Source: an uncultured bacterium (GTDB lineage Bacteria > Fidelibacterota > Marinisomatia > Marinisomatales > Marinisomataceae). From it: a stretch of 64,000 nucleotides of DNA. This document shows, one piece after another, positions 10,286 through 20,847 of the stretch (within the stretch, counting starts at the first letter, position 1; every line of letters starts with the position of its first letter). The notes under the pieces are model-generated. The model did not search any database, was not told the origin of the DNA, and worked only from the letters and a program-made list of their open reading frames with translations. The DNA lies in the NCBI GenBank assembly GCA_943841495.1, contig CALSYL010000003.1, forward strand, positions 283,294 through 347,293, read 5' to 3'. The translations under genes were made by a program, and so were the position numbers.

Positions 10286-11089
10286 ATGGTAAAAAAACTC
10301 TTTTATATTAATAGCGAAATGGAGCCATTTGCATCGGTTTCAAATCAAGGCAACCTCTCAGTTGATATTCCCTTAGGTTTACAGGAAAAAGGAAATGATG
10401 TTCGTTGCTTGATGCCTAAATATGGCTTTATAAGTGAAAGAAAATATATCTTAAGAGAGGTTATTCGACTTAAAGAAATTCTTTTTGATTATGAAGATAG
10501 TAGTTACGAATGTTCTGCAAAAAGTGCTTTCTTGCCAAAGTCGCGTCTTCAAGTTTATTTTTTAGAAAGCGAAGATCAGTTCGGTGATTTAAATAATTTG
10601 CTTTTCAAAGCTAAAAATGGAAGATTTTTACCTGATAATGATGTTAGGTTTGCTTTTTACTCATTAGCAACTATCAAAATACTTCCAAATTTGTTTTGGT
10701 TTCCTAATGTGATTATTTGTAATGGTTGGACATCAGCTTTAGTGCCTTTTTTACTTAAAAAATTAGCAAAATCAGACAAAGATTTATCTAAAATTAAGAC
10801 TATATATTTAGCAAATTCATTAAATGAAGATGTAATTTTTGACGTGAAAAATCTTCCTTTTAATTCAGAAACTTTAACTGAACTTAAAGCGTTAAATTTA
10901 AATCAAATAGGATGTGCAAATGCAGATGCAACTATTGTTATAGATGATGAAGAAAAAGTTTCAGCAAAGATAATGAAAACTAAAATTTTTAAAGATTCTA
11001 AAAAGTGCTCATCCGTTGATTTGAGTAAGTCTGAAGGCGATTCTTCAGACCTGTTGAATGAAATAGAAAAAGTCGTAAAAAACCTATAA
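10286..11089 (+). CDS. glycogen/starch synthase N-domain-like protein (half-size, probably non-catalytic)
   Basis: N-terminus aligns by eye with GT5 GlgA (KLFYINSEMEPFA...CLMPKYG), but the KTGGL position reads SNQGNL and the protein is only 267 aa; start taken at ATG 10286. Confidence 0.5.
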   Translation: MVKKLFYINSEMEPFASVSNQGNLSVDIPLGLQEKGNDVRCLMPKYGFISERKYILREVIRLKEILFDYEDSSYECSAKSAFLPKSRLQVYFLESEDQFGDLNNLLFKAKNGRFLPDNDVRFAFYSLATIKILPNLFWFPNVIICNGWTSALVPFLLKKLAKSDKDLSKIKTIYLANSLNEDVIFDVKNLPFNSETLTELKALNLNQIGCANADATIVIDDEEKVSAKIMKTKIFKDSKKCSSVDLSKSEGDSSDLLNEIEKVVKNL

Positions 11090-11094
11090 GGCAA

Positions 11095-12351
11095 ATGAAT
11101 AATTCTATCTTTAAATTTAAAATTGTTATAGCATCCTTGTTGATATTTTTAGCCTCCTGTAGTGAAGAAACCATCTTATATAATGAAATTGAAAATAAAG
11201 AGGGGACCATAAAAACTGCAACCTTACCTGAAACAAATAATAAAATCTTTCAAGCTTTCCCTGATTTTAGTTCAAATACAAAATTATTTTTTGGGAATGA
11301 GAAAGAATCAGAGAACTTATTTTCATTAGTACAAATGACCTTATTCTCTGGAAATATTCCTCCAACTAGTTTGATTGATCTTCTAGCTGATTCAATTCAA
11401 GTCGATAGTGCAATGGTATTTTTTGAAACAGCTGATTCTTTAATCTCAGCCTCAAACCTTTCTCTATATTCTGTTCTCGGTGATCAAGATAGTGTTTTTT
11501 CTGATTCTACCAATTTTTATACATTGGAAAATTTCTTAGATTTTGAAAATAATTCTGCTTTATTAGGGGAAATTCCGCTTGCATCAATCGCACCTGATAG
11601 TTCTGGATACGATACTTTAAGTTTTATTTTTAAAGATGAAAGCTTGAATGGTTTAAAGCAGTACTTTTTAGATTCAGATACATATCCAGCTAGAACATTC
11701 ATGCTTAAAGTTGATAGCCCATTAGATGAACTTTTTACCATTGAAAGCAATGAAGCTTCAAATAGAGGTCCAAAAATGAGAGTTTGGTACAAATCTTTTG
11801 TTGATGAAGAGACTACAGTAGATACTTTTATTACTTTCTTTGCTCAAAAAGATATTAGCGTTTTTAGACCGCCAAGTATTGAAAATGATGATGTAAACTT
11901 TATTACTCTAAATTCAGGTTCTGCACTTAGATCGATTATAGAATTTGATTTAGGTCTTATTGATTCATTATCTAGAAACGAGCTCTTTAAAAATTCTAAT
12001 CTTGTTTTAAGCGTAGAAAGTTCAAATCTAACAACAGATGACGAGTTTTATGTTATTGTCAGCGCTCTTCAAGATTCAGTTATTAATTGGAATTTTACAT
12101 CACCTTTTGTTGATTTAAATCCAAATGAATCAATTTCAGATACAACGTATTTGTCTGATCCTAATTTTATTATTTCAAGAAAAATTGAAGAAAATGAAGT
12201 AAAAATTCCAATCCAAGCTTTCTTACAGGGTTATAAAAATGGCCTCTTTCAATTTGATGAATTGATGTTGTATAGCGCACCTGTTAATAGTCCTTTTGAT
12301 AAAGTGAAGTTTAATTTAAATGCAATAGAGGTTTTATATGTGGAGCCGTAA
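11095..12351 (+). CDS. hypothetical lipoprotein
   Basis: Lipoprotein signal IASLLIFLASCSEE; no catalytic motif recognised; the context after the short GlgA-like gene recalls the DUF4270 arrangement of Bacteroidota (recollection, unverified). Confidence 0.4.
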   Translation: MNNSIFKFKIVIASLLIFLASCSEETILYNEIENKEGTIKTATLPETNNKIFQAFPDFSSNTKLFFGNEKESENLFSLVQMTLFSGNIPPTSLIDLLADSIQVDSAMVFFETADSLISASNLSLYSVLGDQDSVFSDSTNFYTLENFLDFENNSALLGEIPLASIAPDSSGYDTLSFIFKDESLNGLKQYFLDSDTYPARTFMLKVDSPLDELFTIESNEASNRGPKMRVWYKSFVDEETTVDTFITFFAQKDISVFRPPSIENDDVNFITLNSGSALRSIIEFDLGLIDSLSRNELFKNSNLVLSVESSNLTTDDEFYVIVSALQDSVINWNFTSPFVDLNPNESISDTTYLSDPNFIISRKIEENEVKIPIQAFLQGYKNGLFQFDELMLYSAPVNSPFDKVKFNLNAIEVLYVEP

Positions 12352-13585
12352 TATATTTTTAGCTTTATTTTTCATTTCTACGGCATTTTCTCAGAACTCT
12401 ATGAGTGGATATGGTTACGGTTCTTCCGTAGAAAATACTGATGCTTCCTCATCTGGAGTATCTAATAAATTATTACCATCATTTAAATCAAATATTTCAT
12501 TATCAAACCCTTCAACTTGGCATAATTTACTTTTTACTTACTTAACTACCTCCGTTGATGTTCAAAGTGTTGCTCTTCAGTCACAGTCCAGTACTAATTT
12601 TTCACTTTCTTCTATGAAGCTGGTGATTCCTTGGAAACAAAAAATGTCTTTTGGAGTCGCATTTGAACCTTATCTTTTTAGAGAATTAACTGTTTCTGAT
12701 ACTACAATGACCGCGTTTAACTTCAATGATGATGAGTTGCTTTACACCAGAATGAATAGTTCTTCTGGAGGACCATCGCTAGGACAATTATCTTTTGGAT
12801 ATAAGCTGAATGAATTTGATAGCATAGGTAGCAATCTAAATATAATTTTTGGCTCTTCTAGGTCTACTAGAACCTTAACAATCGATGAAGAAAATCACTT
12901 ACTCCAATCTAGAGATTATTTCTCTGGAGCTATGATGGATTTATTTTACTCTACCAAAAGATTAAAGATAAAAGAAAAGCCAATTTTCCTATCTTTTGCT
13001 TTACAGCTTCCTTTAAGAGGAGTGGATATTGAAAATGACTCTTATCAGGCTTTTTTAGATTTAAATGATAATAATTATCATGATACAAATGATTTTCCAG
13101 ATGTTGGTCAAGCTTTATTGCCATTAACGCAAAAGTTTGATGATGAGCTAAAAGCCAGCTCCTTCCTATTAGGGGCAGACTATGAATTTTCTCCTAGAAA
13201 GCATATTCAAATTGAGATCCTAAACTGGAAAGATAGTGGCAATCATAATCTAAATAGTTCACTTTTTAATGGATATGTTGACAGCAAGAATAAGTTTAGC
13301 GTCGCATACATGAAATTTGCTCAACCCTTTACAAGGGATCGTTATAATTTTAAAGGTTCAATCTTTGTACAAAACTATGGTGTAAAAAATCTTGAAAATA
13401 TTAGTGAAGTAGGTTTAGGTTTAGGAGTAGGTTTTAATTTTGGAATCACAGGGAATCAAATAGACTTTGGATATAAATTTTCAAAAAGAAACGGCTTGCA
13501 TCTTGTAGGTGATGAATCGTTTCATGTATTTAATATTGGGGTCAGCATTGGAGATCTATGGTTTGTAAAAAGAAGAGAAATATAA
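12338..13585 (+). CDS. hypothetical outer-membrane beta-barrel-like protein
   Basis: Signal peptide NIFLALFFISTAFSQ; Gly/aromatic-rich alternating segments (GLGLGVGFNFGITGNQIDFGYKF); 14-nt overlap with upstream gene. Confidence 0.4.
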   Translation: MWSRNIFLALFFISTAFSQNSMSGYGYGSSVENTDASSSGVSNKLLPSFKSNISLSNPSTWHNLLFTYLTTSVDVQSVALQSQSSTNFSLSSMKLVIPWKQKMSFGVAFEPYLFRELTVSDTTMTAFNFNDDELLYTRMNSSSGGPSLGQLSFGYKLNEFDSIGSNLNIIFGSSRSTRTLTIDEENHLLQSRDYFSGAMMDLFYSTKRLKIKEKPIFLSFALQLPLRGVDIENDSYQAFLDLNDNNYHDTNDFPDVGQALLPLTQKFDDELKASSFLLGADYEFSPRKHIQIEILNWKDSGNHNLNSSLFNGYVDSKNKFSVAYMKFAQPFTRDRYNFKGSIFVQNYGVKNLENISEVGLGLGVGFNFGITGNQIDFGYKFSKRNGLHLVGDESFHVFNIGVSIGDLWFVKRREI

Positions 13586-13600
13586 TTGACAGGAACTAAA

Positions 13601-14935
13601 ATGAAAAATTTATTATATACAATAGCTCTTTTAATAATATTTGTATCAAGCCTTGATGCACAATGTAAAAGAGGAGAACAATTAAGAATTACTAATGACG
13701 TTGAGATTAAGGTAGTGGATTGCCGAGAAGCTACTCGCTTAATCTACAATGAAGGATGGTATCCTTATTCAGTTGAATACGAACAAGATGATAGATGTCC
13801 ACAGCTTTCTAGTAGCTCCGCTGAATACTATAGAAGTAGTAATTGGGAGCTTAGTGCTCAGTCGTATGCAGAATTAATGGAACTTAGATGCGATCAGTGG
13901 AATCCTGATTGGGTTAATGCGGATGATGTTTATCTCTACTGGTCAATAGCTTTACAGAATCTTGGTAAGTTTGAAGAATCTGAATCAGTTTTAATCAAAG
14001 GTCTTGAGGAGCTTCCAGATAACGAATCTCTGATTACAAGGCTTGCCTATGCTTATAAAAAACAAGATAAGATTGATGAAATGATTATCGAGTATGAGCG
14101 ATTAATGGATGCTGGATCTAGAGATACCGATTCATTAAAAGATTTGGCTAAAGCATATGCTCAACAAGGAAGAGTTGATGAGCAGATATCTGTTCTTAAG
14201 AAAATTTTAAAAATAAATCCAAGTGATTCTACTATACAATCTGAGTTAGCTAGAGCATATGAAGATTCGGGAGAAGATCCGCTGGAAATTTTTAAAGCAA
14301 GATTTGAAGAAAATCCAGAAAATGCCTCATATGCGGTTGAATATGCTGATAAATTAATGTCGAATGGTGATACTGATGATGCAATTGATGTCTTGGAAAA
14401 TACGCTCAGTTACAACAGAGATAACAGTATAATTTATATGACTCTCGCAAAAGCTTATAATGAAAATTCTGATTTTGATGATGCTGTTGATATTCTTGAA
14501 GACTTATTTGAGTTAGATAGAAATAATTTTAGAGTTGCAATGCAGATTTCAGTTAACAGCATAGAAATGGATAATTTTGAAGATGCATTTGAGTGGGCTA
14601 AAAAATCTATGAAAATTTCCAAAAATAATGCTGAATCATTAGCTCATATGGGGAATCTTTATTACAAAGCTATGCAATCTTGCAGGGAAGATGCTTTTTC
14701 TCGATCTGATAAGATTGTTGCATCTTTAGCTTATGAATATTTTGTTAAAGCTGAGAAAAAAGGTAATTCAAAATATTACAAACAAAAAAGCTGGCTAGAA
14801 GAAAATGAAGTTCTATTTGCCTACGCTGACTGGTTTATGACCGATAAAGATGTTCAAGCAACCGGAAAAGTATCTCCAGTAGGAAGATGCTATGATTGGG
14901 TTTCTGAATCCTTAGCTAAACAATCTGATTGGTAG
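13601..14935 (+). CDS. TPR repeat protein, secreted
   Basis: Signal peptide LLYTIALLIIFVSSLDA; several 34-aa TPR-like units (AKAYAQQGRVDEQISVLKKILKINP, LARAYEDSGE...); start placed at ATG 13601. Confidence 0.6.
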   Translation: MKNLLYTIALLIIFVSSLDAQCKRGEQLRITNDVEIKVVDCREATRLIYNEGWYPYSVEYEQDDRCPQLSSSSAEYYRSSNWELSAQSYAELMELRCDQWNPDWVNADDVYLYWSIALQNLGKFEESESVLIKGLEELPDNESLITRLAYAYKKQDKIDEMIIEYERLMDAGSRDTDSLKDLAKAYAQQGRVDEQISVLKKILKINPSDSTIQSELARAYEDSGEDPLEIFKARFEENPENASYAVEYADKLMSNGDTDDAIDVLENTLSYNRDNSIIYMTLAKAYNENSDFDDAVDILEDLFELDRNNFRVAMQISVNSIEMDNFEDAFEWAKKSMKISKNNAESLAHMGNLYYKAMQSCREDAFSRSDKIVASLAYEYFVKAEKKGNSKYYKQKSWLEENEVLFAYADWFMTDKDVQATGKVSPVGRCYDWVSESLAKQSDW

Positions 14936-14938
14936 TCA

Positions 14939-16234
14939 GTGTCAGTCTTAAAAAAACAAGACAAAGAAATTTTTGACATCATCGAATCTGAGTTTAATCG
15001 TCAAAATGATTATCTAGAGCTAATCGCATCAGAAAATTTTACAAGCAAAGCAGTCCTTGAAACTGCTGGATCTGTTTTAACCAATAAATATGCTGAAGGT
15101 TATCCTGGAAAAAGATATTACGGGGGATGTATTCACGTTGATGAAGCAGAAAATTTGGCGATAGAAAGAGCTAAGAAGTTATTTAAGGCAAAATATGCCA
15201 ATGTACAACCACATTCTGGTTCATCAGCTAATATGGGTGTATATATGGCTTATTTAGAGCCTGGAGATTGTATCATGGGCCTTGATTTAAGTCATGGAGG
15301 TCATCTAACGCACGGTTCTAAGGTAAGCTTTTCTGGGCAGATTTATACTGCTATTACTTTTGAAGTAAAGAAAGATTCTGGTTTAGTCGATTTTGATGAC
15401 TTGCTTCAAAAAGCAAAAGAGTTTAAACCTAAAATTATTATATGTGGCGCTAGTGCTTACCCAAGAACAGTTGAATTCGAAAAGTTTAGAGAGGTTGCTG
15501 ATAAAGTTGGAGCAGTGTTACATGGAGATATTTGTCATAATTCGGGTATAATTGCTGCAGAGATGCATCCTTCGCCATTTCCATATTGTCACGTCGTGTC
15601 AACCAGTACGCATAAATCACTTAGAGGTCCTAGAGGTGGAATGATTCTCCTTGGAGAAGATTATGAAAATACCTTAGGCAAAGTTGCCCCTAAATCTGGT
15701 AGAGTAAAAATGATGTCAGAATTAATTGATAGCGCAGTAATGCCTGGAATTCAAGGCGGTCCATTAATGCATATCATTGCAGCTAAAGCTGTAGCGTTTA
15801 AAGAAGCCCTAGAGCCTTCATTTAAATCTTATATAAAAAATGTTTTGGATAATGCGCAATGCTTTGCGGATGAATTCAAAAATAAAGGTTATAATTTGGT
15901 TTCAGATGGAACCGATACTCATCTAGTATTGATTGATCTTCAAAATAAAAATATTTCAGGAAAAGCTGCTGAAATTGCTCTCGATGAAGCGGGAATAACT
16001 GTTAATAAAAATATGGTTCCTTTTGATCCAAAAAGTCCTTTTATCACCAGTGGTATTCGTATTGGTTCTCCAGCTATGACCACAAGAGGTATGGGAGTAG
16101 ATGAAGTAAAGGTTGTTGTAGATTTAATCGATCAGGTTATTATGAATCATGATAATAAAGATAAAATTAACACTGTTCGTTCTTCCGTAAATGAGCTATG
16201 CTCAATTTTCCCAATCTATGAGAAAGATAGTTAA
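14939..16234 (+). CDS. glyA: serine hydroxymethyltransferase
   Basis: SHGGHLTHG and PLP-lysine context [14 protein letters not shown]; GTG start as listed. Confidence 0.95.
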   Translation: MSVLKKQDKEIFDIIESEFNRQNDYLELIASENFTSKAVLETAGSVLTNKYAEGYPGKRYYGGCIHVDEAENLAIERAKKLFKAKYANVQPHSGSSANMGVYMAYLEPGDCIMGLDLSHGGHLTHGSKVSFSGQIYTAITFEVKKDSGLVDFDDLLQKAKEFKPKIIICGASAYPRTVEFEKFREVADKVGAVLHGDICHNSGIIAAEMHPSPFPYCHVVSTSTHKSLRGPRGGMILLGEDYENTLGKVAPKSGRVKMMSELIDSAVMPGIQGGPLMHIIAAKAVAFKEALEPSFKSYIKNVLDNAQCFADEFKNKGYNLVSDGTDTHLVLIDLQNKNISGKAAEIALDEAGITVNKNMVPFDPKSPFITSGIRIGSPAMTTRGMGVDEVKVVVDLIDQVIMNHDNKDKINTVRSSVNELCSIFPIYEKDS

Positions 16235-17081
16235 ATTTTTATCTAAAAGTTTCTTTGTACTAGTTTCTATTTTAGTTCTTAACAATTGTGCAGTCAACAG
16301 CACTATGATGACTGGTTCACAAATTGCAGAAATAGCAATGCCACTTTCTTTTGAATCTCAAAAAAGAAAAATTCAAAAATATCCGAATAATCAACTTTTT
16401 TATCTTAATGCATCAAAAAGTAGAATAACATATGCATATGGAATTTTAATGGAAAAAGCTGATAGATTGATGTATACTGATTATTACAAATCTCGTGAGT
16501 ATTATGCTAAATCATTAGATCTTTTTGTTGTATCTAGAAATTATCTTCTTCAAGCTCTTGAACTAAAGCACGAAAATTTTTCTAAAGCTATGAGAGATAG
16601 AAGTCAAATTGTTTTTGAAAAAAATGATATTGATTATCTTTATTGGTTGAGTGGATCAATGGCAGGTTCAATTCAGGCTAGCCAAGCGGATCCACAATAT
16701 CTTGCTGATTTATCATCAATTAGGTGGCTGATTGAAAGTGCTATTAAAGTAGATCCTGATTGGGAGGGAGGTGCTCTAAGTGCTGCTATGATGAGTGTTT
16801 ATTTAAATGATTTAAGCGGAGATAAAAATTCAGAAAAAAATGCATTAACTTATTTCCAACTAGCTGAAAAACAATCAAATGGTCAAAATGCTTCAATCTA
16901 TGTTACATTAGCAGAGAGCTATGCAGTATCAAAGCAGGACAAAAAAATGTATATAGAACTCCTTGATAAAGCATTGCAAATTGATATTAATAAAGATAAA
17001 AGCTTAAAGCAGTCAAATAAATTATCACAATCTAGAGCAAAATGGTTAAAATCAAGAGTAGATGATTTATTTTATATGTAA
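16218..17081 (+). CDS. TatT-like TPR lipoprotein of a TRAP transporter
   Basis: Lipoprotein-type signal [13 protein letters not shown]; helical TPR-like body; immediately upstream of a DctP-type binding protein and a fused DctQM permease; start placed at ATG 16218. Confidence 0.55.
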   Translation: MRKIVKFLSKSFFVLVSILVLNNCAVNSTMMTGSQIAEIAMPLSFESQKRKIQKYPNNQLFYLNASKSRITYAYGILMEKADRLMYTDYYKSREYYAKSLDLFVVSRNYLLQALELKHENFSKAMRDRSQIVFEKNDIDYLYWLSGSMAGSIQASQADPQYLADLSSIRWLIESAIKVDPDWEGGALSAAMMSVYLNDLSGDKNSEKNALTYFQLAEKQSNGQNASIYVTLAESYAVSKQDKKMYIELLDKALQIDINKDKSLKQSNKLSQSRAKWLKSRVDDLFYM

Positions 17082-17090
17082 GTTATTTTA

Positions 17091-18068
17091 ATGCATTACT
17101 TCAAAAAAACTTTAATCTTTCTGCTTTTAGTAAGCACAATTTTTTCAAGACCAATAATTATTAAGTTAGCTACCGTTGCACCGGAGGGTACAGAATACTA
17201 TAATTTGCTTTTTGAGATGGGTCAAAGATGGCAACAAGAAACTAATGGCCAGATTCAATTGAGAATTTATCCAAACGGAGTAGTTGGGGGAGAACGTGAT
17301 ACTATAAGAAAAATGCGAGTAGGTCAAATTCAAGCTTCAGCAATGTCATCAATTGGATTAGCTGAATTGACTGATCAAATTCAAGCGTTTACTTTACCGA
17401 TGGGTTTTAAAAATTATGACGAAATTGATCGCGTTAAAAATGTAATGTTTGGAGATATTTCTGAAGGATTATCTCAAAGTGGTTTCAAACTCCTTTTTCT
17501 TGTTGATATTGGATGGGTTTACTGGTTTTCAACGGAAGAAATTTCTGTTCCTCAAGATTTGATGGATGCTAAAATTTATACCACTGGCGGAGATTATGTT
17601 ACTGTTGAACTTTTTAAAAAGTTTGGTTTCAATGCCATTCCTGTATCTGAAACAGATATATTAACATCATTGCAAACCGGAATGATAAATAGTATGCAAA
17701 CAGTTCCTATTCTGTCATTGAGCTCTGGATGGTCAGCTTTAATGCCAAATATGCTAGACTTGAAATGGGGTGCTTTTGTGGGCGCTGTTATTGTCGATGA
17801 AAGAGTTTGGAAAAAAATTAAACCTGAACATCAAAAAATTATGATGGACATTGCACAAGATATTGGAAAAAAGTATCAAAAAAGTGGAAGAGAAATGGAA
17901 AAGAAAGCTATTGATGTTATGCAGCAGTATGGTATGAAAATTAAAAAGCCATCTGACGAAGAAATTGCCATTTGGAATGATTTTAAAGATGAGATTACTC
18001 CTGATGTTATAGATACTTATCTAACTAACGAGATTTACGAAAAAGTTACCTCCGCTATCAATGAATGA
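17091..18068 (+). CDS. TRAP transporter substrate-binding protein (DctP family)
   Basis: Signal peptide, then KLATVAPEGTEYY... and RKMRVGQIQASAMS pattern; followed by the TRAP permease. Confidence 0.8.
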   Translation: MHYFKKTLIFLLLVSTIFSRPIIIKLATVAPEGTEYYNLLFEMGQRWQQETNGQIQLRIYPNGVVGGERDTIRKMRVGQIQASAMSSIGLAELTDQIQAFTLPMGFKNYDEIDRVKNVMFGDISEGLSQSGFKLLFLVDIGWVYWFSTEEISVPQDLMDAKIYTTGGDYVTVELFKKFGFNAIPVSETDILTSLQTGMINSMQTVPILSLSSGWSALMPNMLDLKWGAFVGAVIVDERVWKKIKPEHQKIMMDIAQDIGKKYQKSGREMEKKAIDVMQQYGMKIKKPSDEEIAIWNDFKDEITPDVIDTYLTNEIYEKVTSAINE

Positions 18069-19857
18069 TTTCATAAATAAGGCAATTGATAGGCTTTGTT
18101 TATTTTTATTTTTAATTCTTATATCTTTTCCAATTTTTCAAATTCTCAGTAGGTATATAGATTTCTTCTCTATTCCTGCCTCGCAACAAATTGTTCAACA
18201 TATGACGCTTTGGATAGGTTTTGTAGGCGCAATAATTGCTGCAAGATCAAATAAACTTCTTTCGGTTGTAAGAGAGCCAGTTTTTAGATCTTCAGATTCA
18301 AATTCATTACCTCATTTCTTAGTACATGCTTTTTCCGTTGCAATTGTTTTTATTTTATCAATTTCTTATCTCAAAATGATTCAGATTGGTATTCAATATC
18401 CAGAATATATTGCACCATACATTCCTACTTGGTTTGCACAGTCTATCATACCAATAGGGTTGATATTGATTTGGTATCAAATGATTATTACTAGCAGTTC
18501 AGATTTAAGGTATAGACTTTTGTTGGTGGTTATCTCTATCGTTCCTGCTATAACTCTTTATTATTGGCAATTTCCTTTAGCAAATTCATTTCTATTATGG
18601 ACTAAAGTTATTTCAGCTTTAGTTTTAGTTGCATTCGGACTACCAATTTTTATTTTGTTAGCTTCACTGTCTGTATTTTTCTTTTTATCTGAACCTACTG
18701 ATTGGGCAACAAATTTTGATTTAATCTCTACTATCAGCGATAGCGCATATCGAATTGTTGTTTCTCCAACATTAGCTGCAATTCCAATTTTTACTTTGGC
18801 GGGCTATATTCTTGCTGAAAGTAATATATCTAAAAGATTAATCAATTTTTTTAAAGCCAGCGTGGGTTGGATTCCTGGTTCTACTGTTTTGATTGTAGTA
18901 TTATTATGTGCTTTTTTTACTGCATTAACAGGAGGGTCGGGAGTAACCATATTAGCTTTAGGTGCAATTTTATATCCTATCTTAATTCATGACGGGTATT
19001 CTGAGAAATTTTCTTTGGGTATTATAACCACAGCAGGTTCATTAGGGTTGTTATTTCCTCCAAGCTTGCCAGCTATCATCTATTCTGTGACTGCTGGAAT
19101 TAATCCTTTAGAACTTTTTAGACAAGCGCTTATACCAGCTATTTTTTTAATGAGTATTATGTTTTTTTATGGGCTTTACAAAAAGCCTAAAACTGATATC
19201 AAGCAAAAATTTATTTTAAAAGATGCAATATTGACTGGCAAGATTGCTAAATGGGAAATAGCAGTTCCTCTCTTAATCATTTTGAGTCTTTTTACAGGTT
19301 TTGCAACATTAGTCGAAAGTGCAGCTCTGCTGGTTTTATATGTTTTAATGGTTGAAGTAGTCATCTTTAAAGATATTAGCTTTAATGATATTCCTAAAAT
19401 TATTATTAATTGTTCAACCTTAGTAGGAGGAGTATTAATTATTCTTGGTTTTGCCATGGGGTTCACAGGATATCTTGTAGACGCTCAAATACCCTTGAAA
19501 ATTTTAAATTTCGTTCAAAGTACAATAACTTCAAAAATTATATTTTTACTAGCATTGAATTTATTATTGTTAATCGTTGGTTGCTTAATGGATGTTTTTT
19601 CAGCAATAATTGTAGTAGTACCATTGATAGCTCCCTTGGCTATATATTTTGGTATAGACCCATTTCATCTTGCAATAATCTTTATTGCTAATTTAGAGTT
19701 GGGATATATTACTCCTCCAGTAGGGATGAATTTATATTTATCATCTTATAGATTTGATAAAGATATGCCAACGATTTATAATGCTACTTTACCTTTCTTT
19801 TTCATAAGGCTAATTGGTGTGTTATTTATCACATATATTCCTTTGTTCTTTTACTGA
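18061..19857 (+). CDS. TRAP transporter fused small/large permease (DctQ-DctM)
   Basis: 598 aa; about 150-aa 4-TM N-terminal part plus about 12-TM DctM-like part (ALTGGSGVTILALGAILYP, ELGYITPPVGMNLY); 8-nt overlap with the binding-protein gene. Confidence 0.85.
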   Translation: MNDFINKAIDRLCLFLFLILISFPIFQILSRYIDFFSIPASQQIVQHMTLWIGFVGAIIAARSNKLLSVVREPVFRSSDSNSLPHFLVHAFSVAIVFILSISYLKMIQIGIQYPEYIAPYIPTWFAQSIIPIGLILIWYQMIITSSSDLRYRLLLVVISIVPAITLYYWQFPLANSFLLWTKVISALVLVAFGLPIFILLASLSVFFFLSEPTDWATNFDLISTISDSAYRIVVSPTLAAIPIFTLAGYILAESNISKRLINFFKASVGWIPGSTVLIVVLLCAFFTALTGGSGVTILALGAILYPILIHDGYSEKFSLGIITTAGSLGLLFPPSLPAIIYSVTAGINPLELFRQALIPAIFLMSIMFFYGLYKKPKTDIKQKFILKDAILTGKIAKWEIAVPLLIILSLFTGFATLVESAALLVLYVLMVEVVIFKDISFNDIPKIIINCSTLVGGVLIILGFAMGFTGYLVDAQIPLKILNFVQSTITSKIIFLLALNLLLLIVGCLMDVFSAIIVVVPLIAPLAIYFGIDPFHLAIIFIANLELGYITPPVGMNLYLSSYRFDKDMPTIYNATLPFFFIRLIGVLFITYIPLFFY

Positions 19858-19880
19858 TTTATAACTATCTTTATTGTATT

Positions 19881-20816
19881 ATGAGAACAAAACACACTAT
19901 TTTATCACTACTTTTATTGTCACAATTATCTTTTGCACAAGGTCAAGCTGGATCATTATTTCTAACAATTAATCCTGGCGCAAGATCAAACGCTATGGGC
20001 GAAGCCCAAATTGGTGTTGCAAATGATGTTTACGCTACTTACTACAATCCTGCTGGATTAACAAATTTATCAACTAAAGAATTTTCTTTTATGCATACTA
20101 GTTATCTTCCAAATCTTGTTGATGATATGTCTTATGATTTTTTAACTTTTGCAATGCCTTTTAGAGAAGGAGAGTCTATTGGTGGACATTTTACATATCT
20201 AAATTTAGGTGACCAAGTAAGTACTGATGCTAATGGTAATGAATTAGGTTCATTTTCAAGTTATATGTATGCATTAAACGTATCATATGCTAAGCAAATT
20301 GATGACAGTTCTTCATGGGGAATTAATGGTAAATATTTTTACCAAGAGTTGGCTGTAATTAATAGTTTAGATGCTTCTACTGGAAGTTTTGCAGTTGATT
20401 TAGGCTACTTCAAACATAATGCTATGGACAATCCTAACTTAAAACTGGGCGCTGTTCTTACAAATGTTGGACCAGGTGTGAGCTTTGGCGATGGAGATGA
20501 AGACCCCTTACCAACTAGATTAGGCTTAGGCTTATCATTATTAACTTTAGAAGGTCAAGCTACAGTAGCATTCGACTTTAATTATGAGCTAAATGATCAG
20601 ACGGTAGTAACAAATTTAGGTGCTGAATTTTACTTAGTGGAAGACTTTGCTTTGAGAGCTGGATTTTTAAGTGACCCATCTGGCGATTTAAATTATACAA
20701 CTTTAGGTTTAGGTGCTGATCTTGGTGCAATAGGTTTTGATGTAAGTTATGTAATTGGCGGTGAACTTGATCCTCATTCAAACATGGTCAGGTTTTCTTT
20801 AAGTGGATCTTTCTAA
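19881..20816 (+). CDS. PorV/PorQ-like T9SS-associated outer-membrane beta-barrel
   Basis: Signal peptide LLLLSQLSFAQG; GARSNAMGEAQIGVANDVYATYYNPAGL motif; C-terminal RFSLSGSF. Confidence 0.55.
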   Translation: MRTKHTILSLLLLSQLSFAQGQAGSLFLTINPGARSNAMGEAQIGVANDVYATYYNPAGLTNLSTKEFSFMHTSYLPNLVDDMSYDFLTFAMPFREGESIGGHFTYLNLGDQVSTDANGNELGSFSSYMYALNVSYAKQIDDSSSWGINGKYFYQELAVINSLDASTGSFAVDLGYFKHNAMDNPNLKLGAVLTNVGPGVSFGDGDEDPLPTRLGLGLSLLTLEGQATVAFDFNYELNDQTVVTNLGAEFYLVEDFALRAGFLSDPSGDLNYTTLGLGADLGAIGFDVSYVIGGELDPHSNMVRFSLSGSF

Positions 20817-20847
20817 AAACAATTTACAGTATAAAGTTGTTCCTAAT

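Noticed and set aside
10903-11210. Minus-strand ORFs 10903-11094 and 10998-11210
   Set aside because: They are antisense to the end of the GlgA-like gene and the start of the lipoprotein gene, with no supporting signals.
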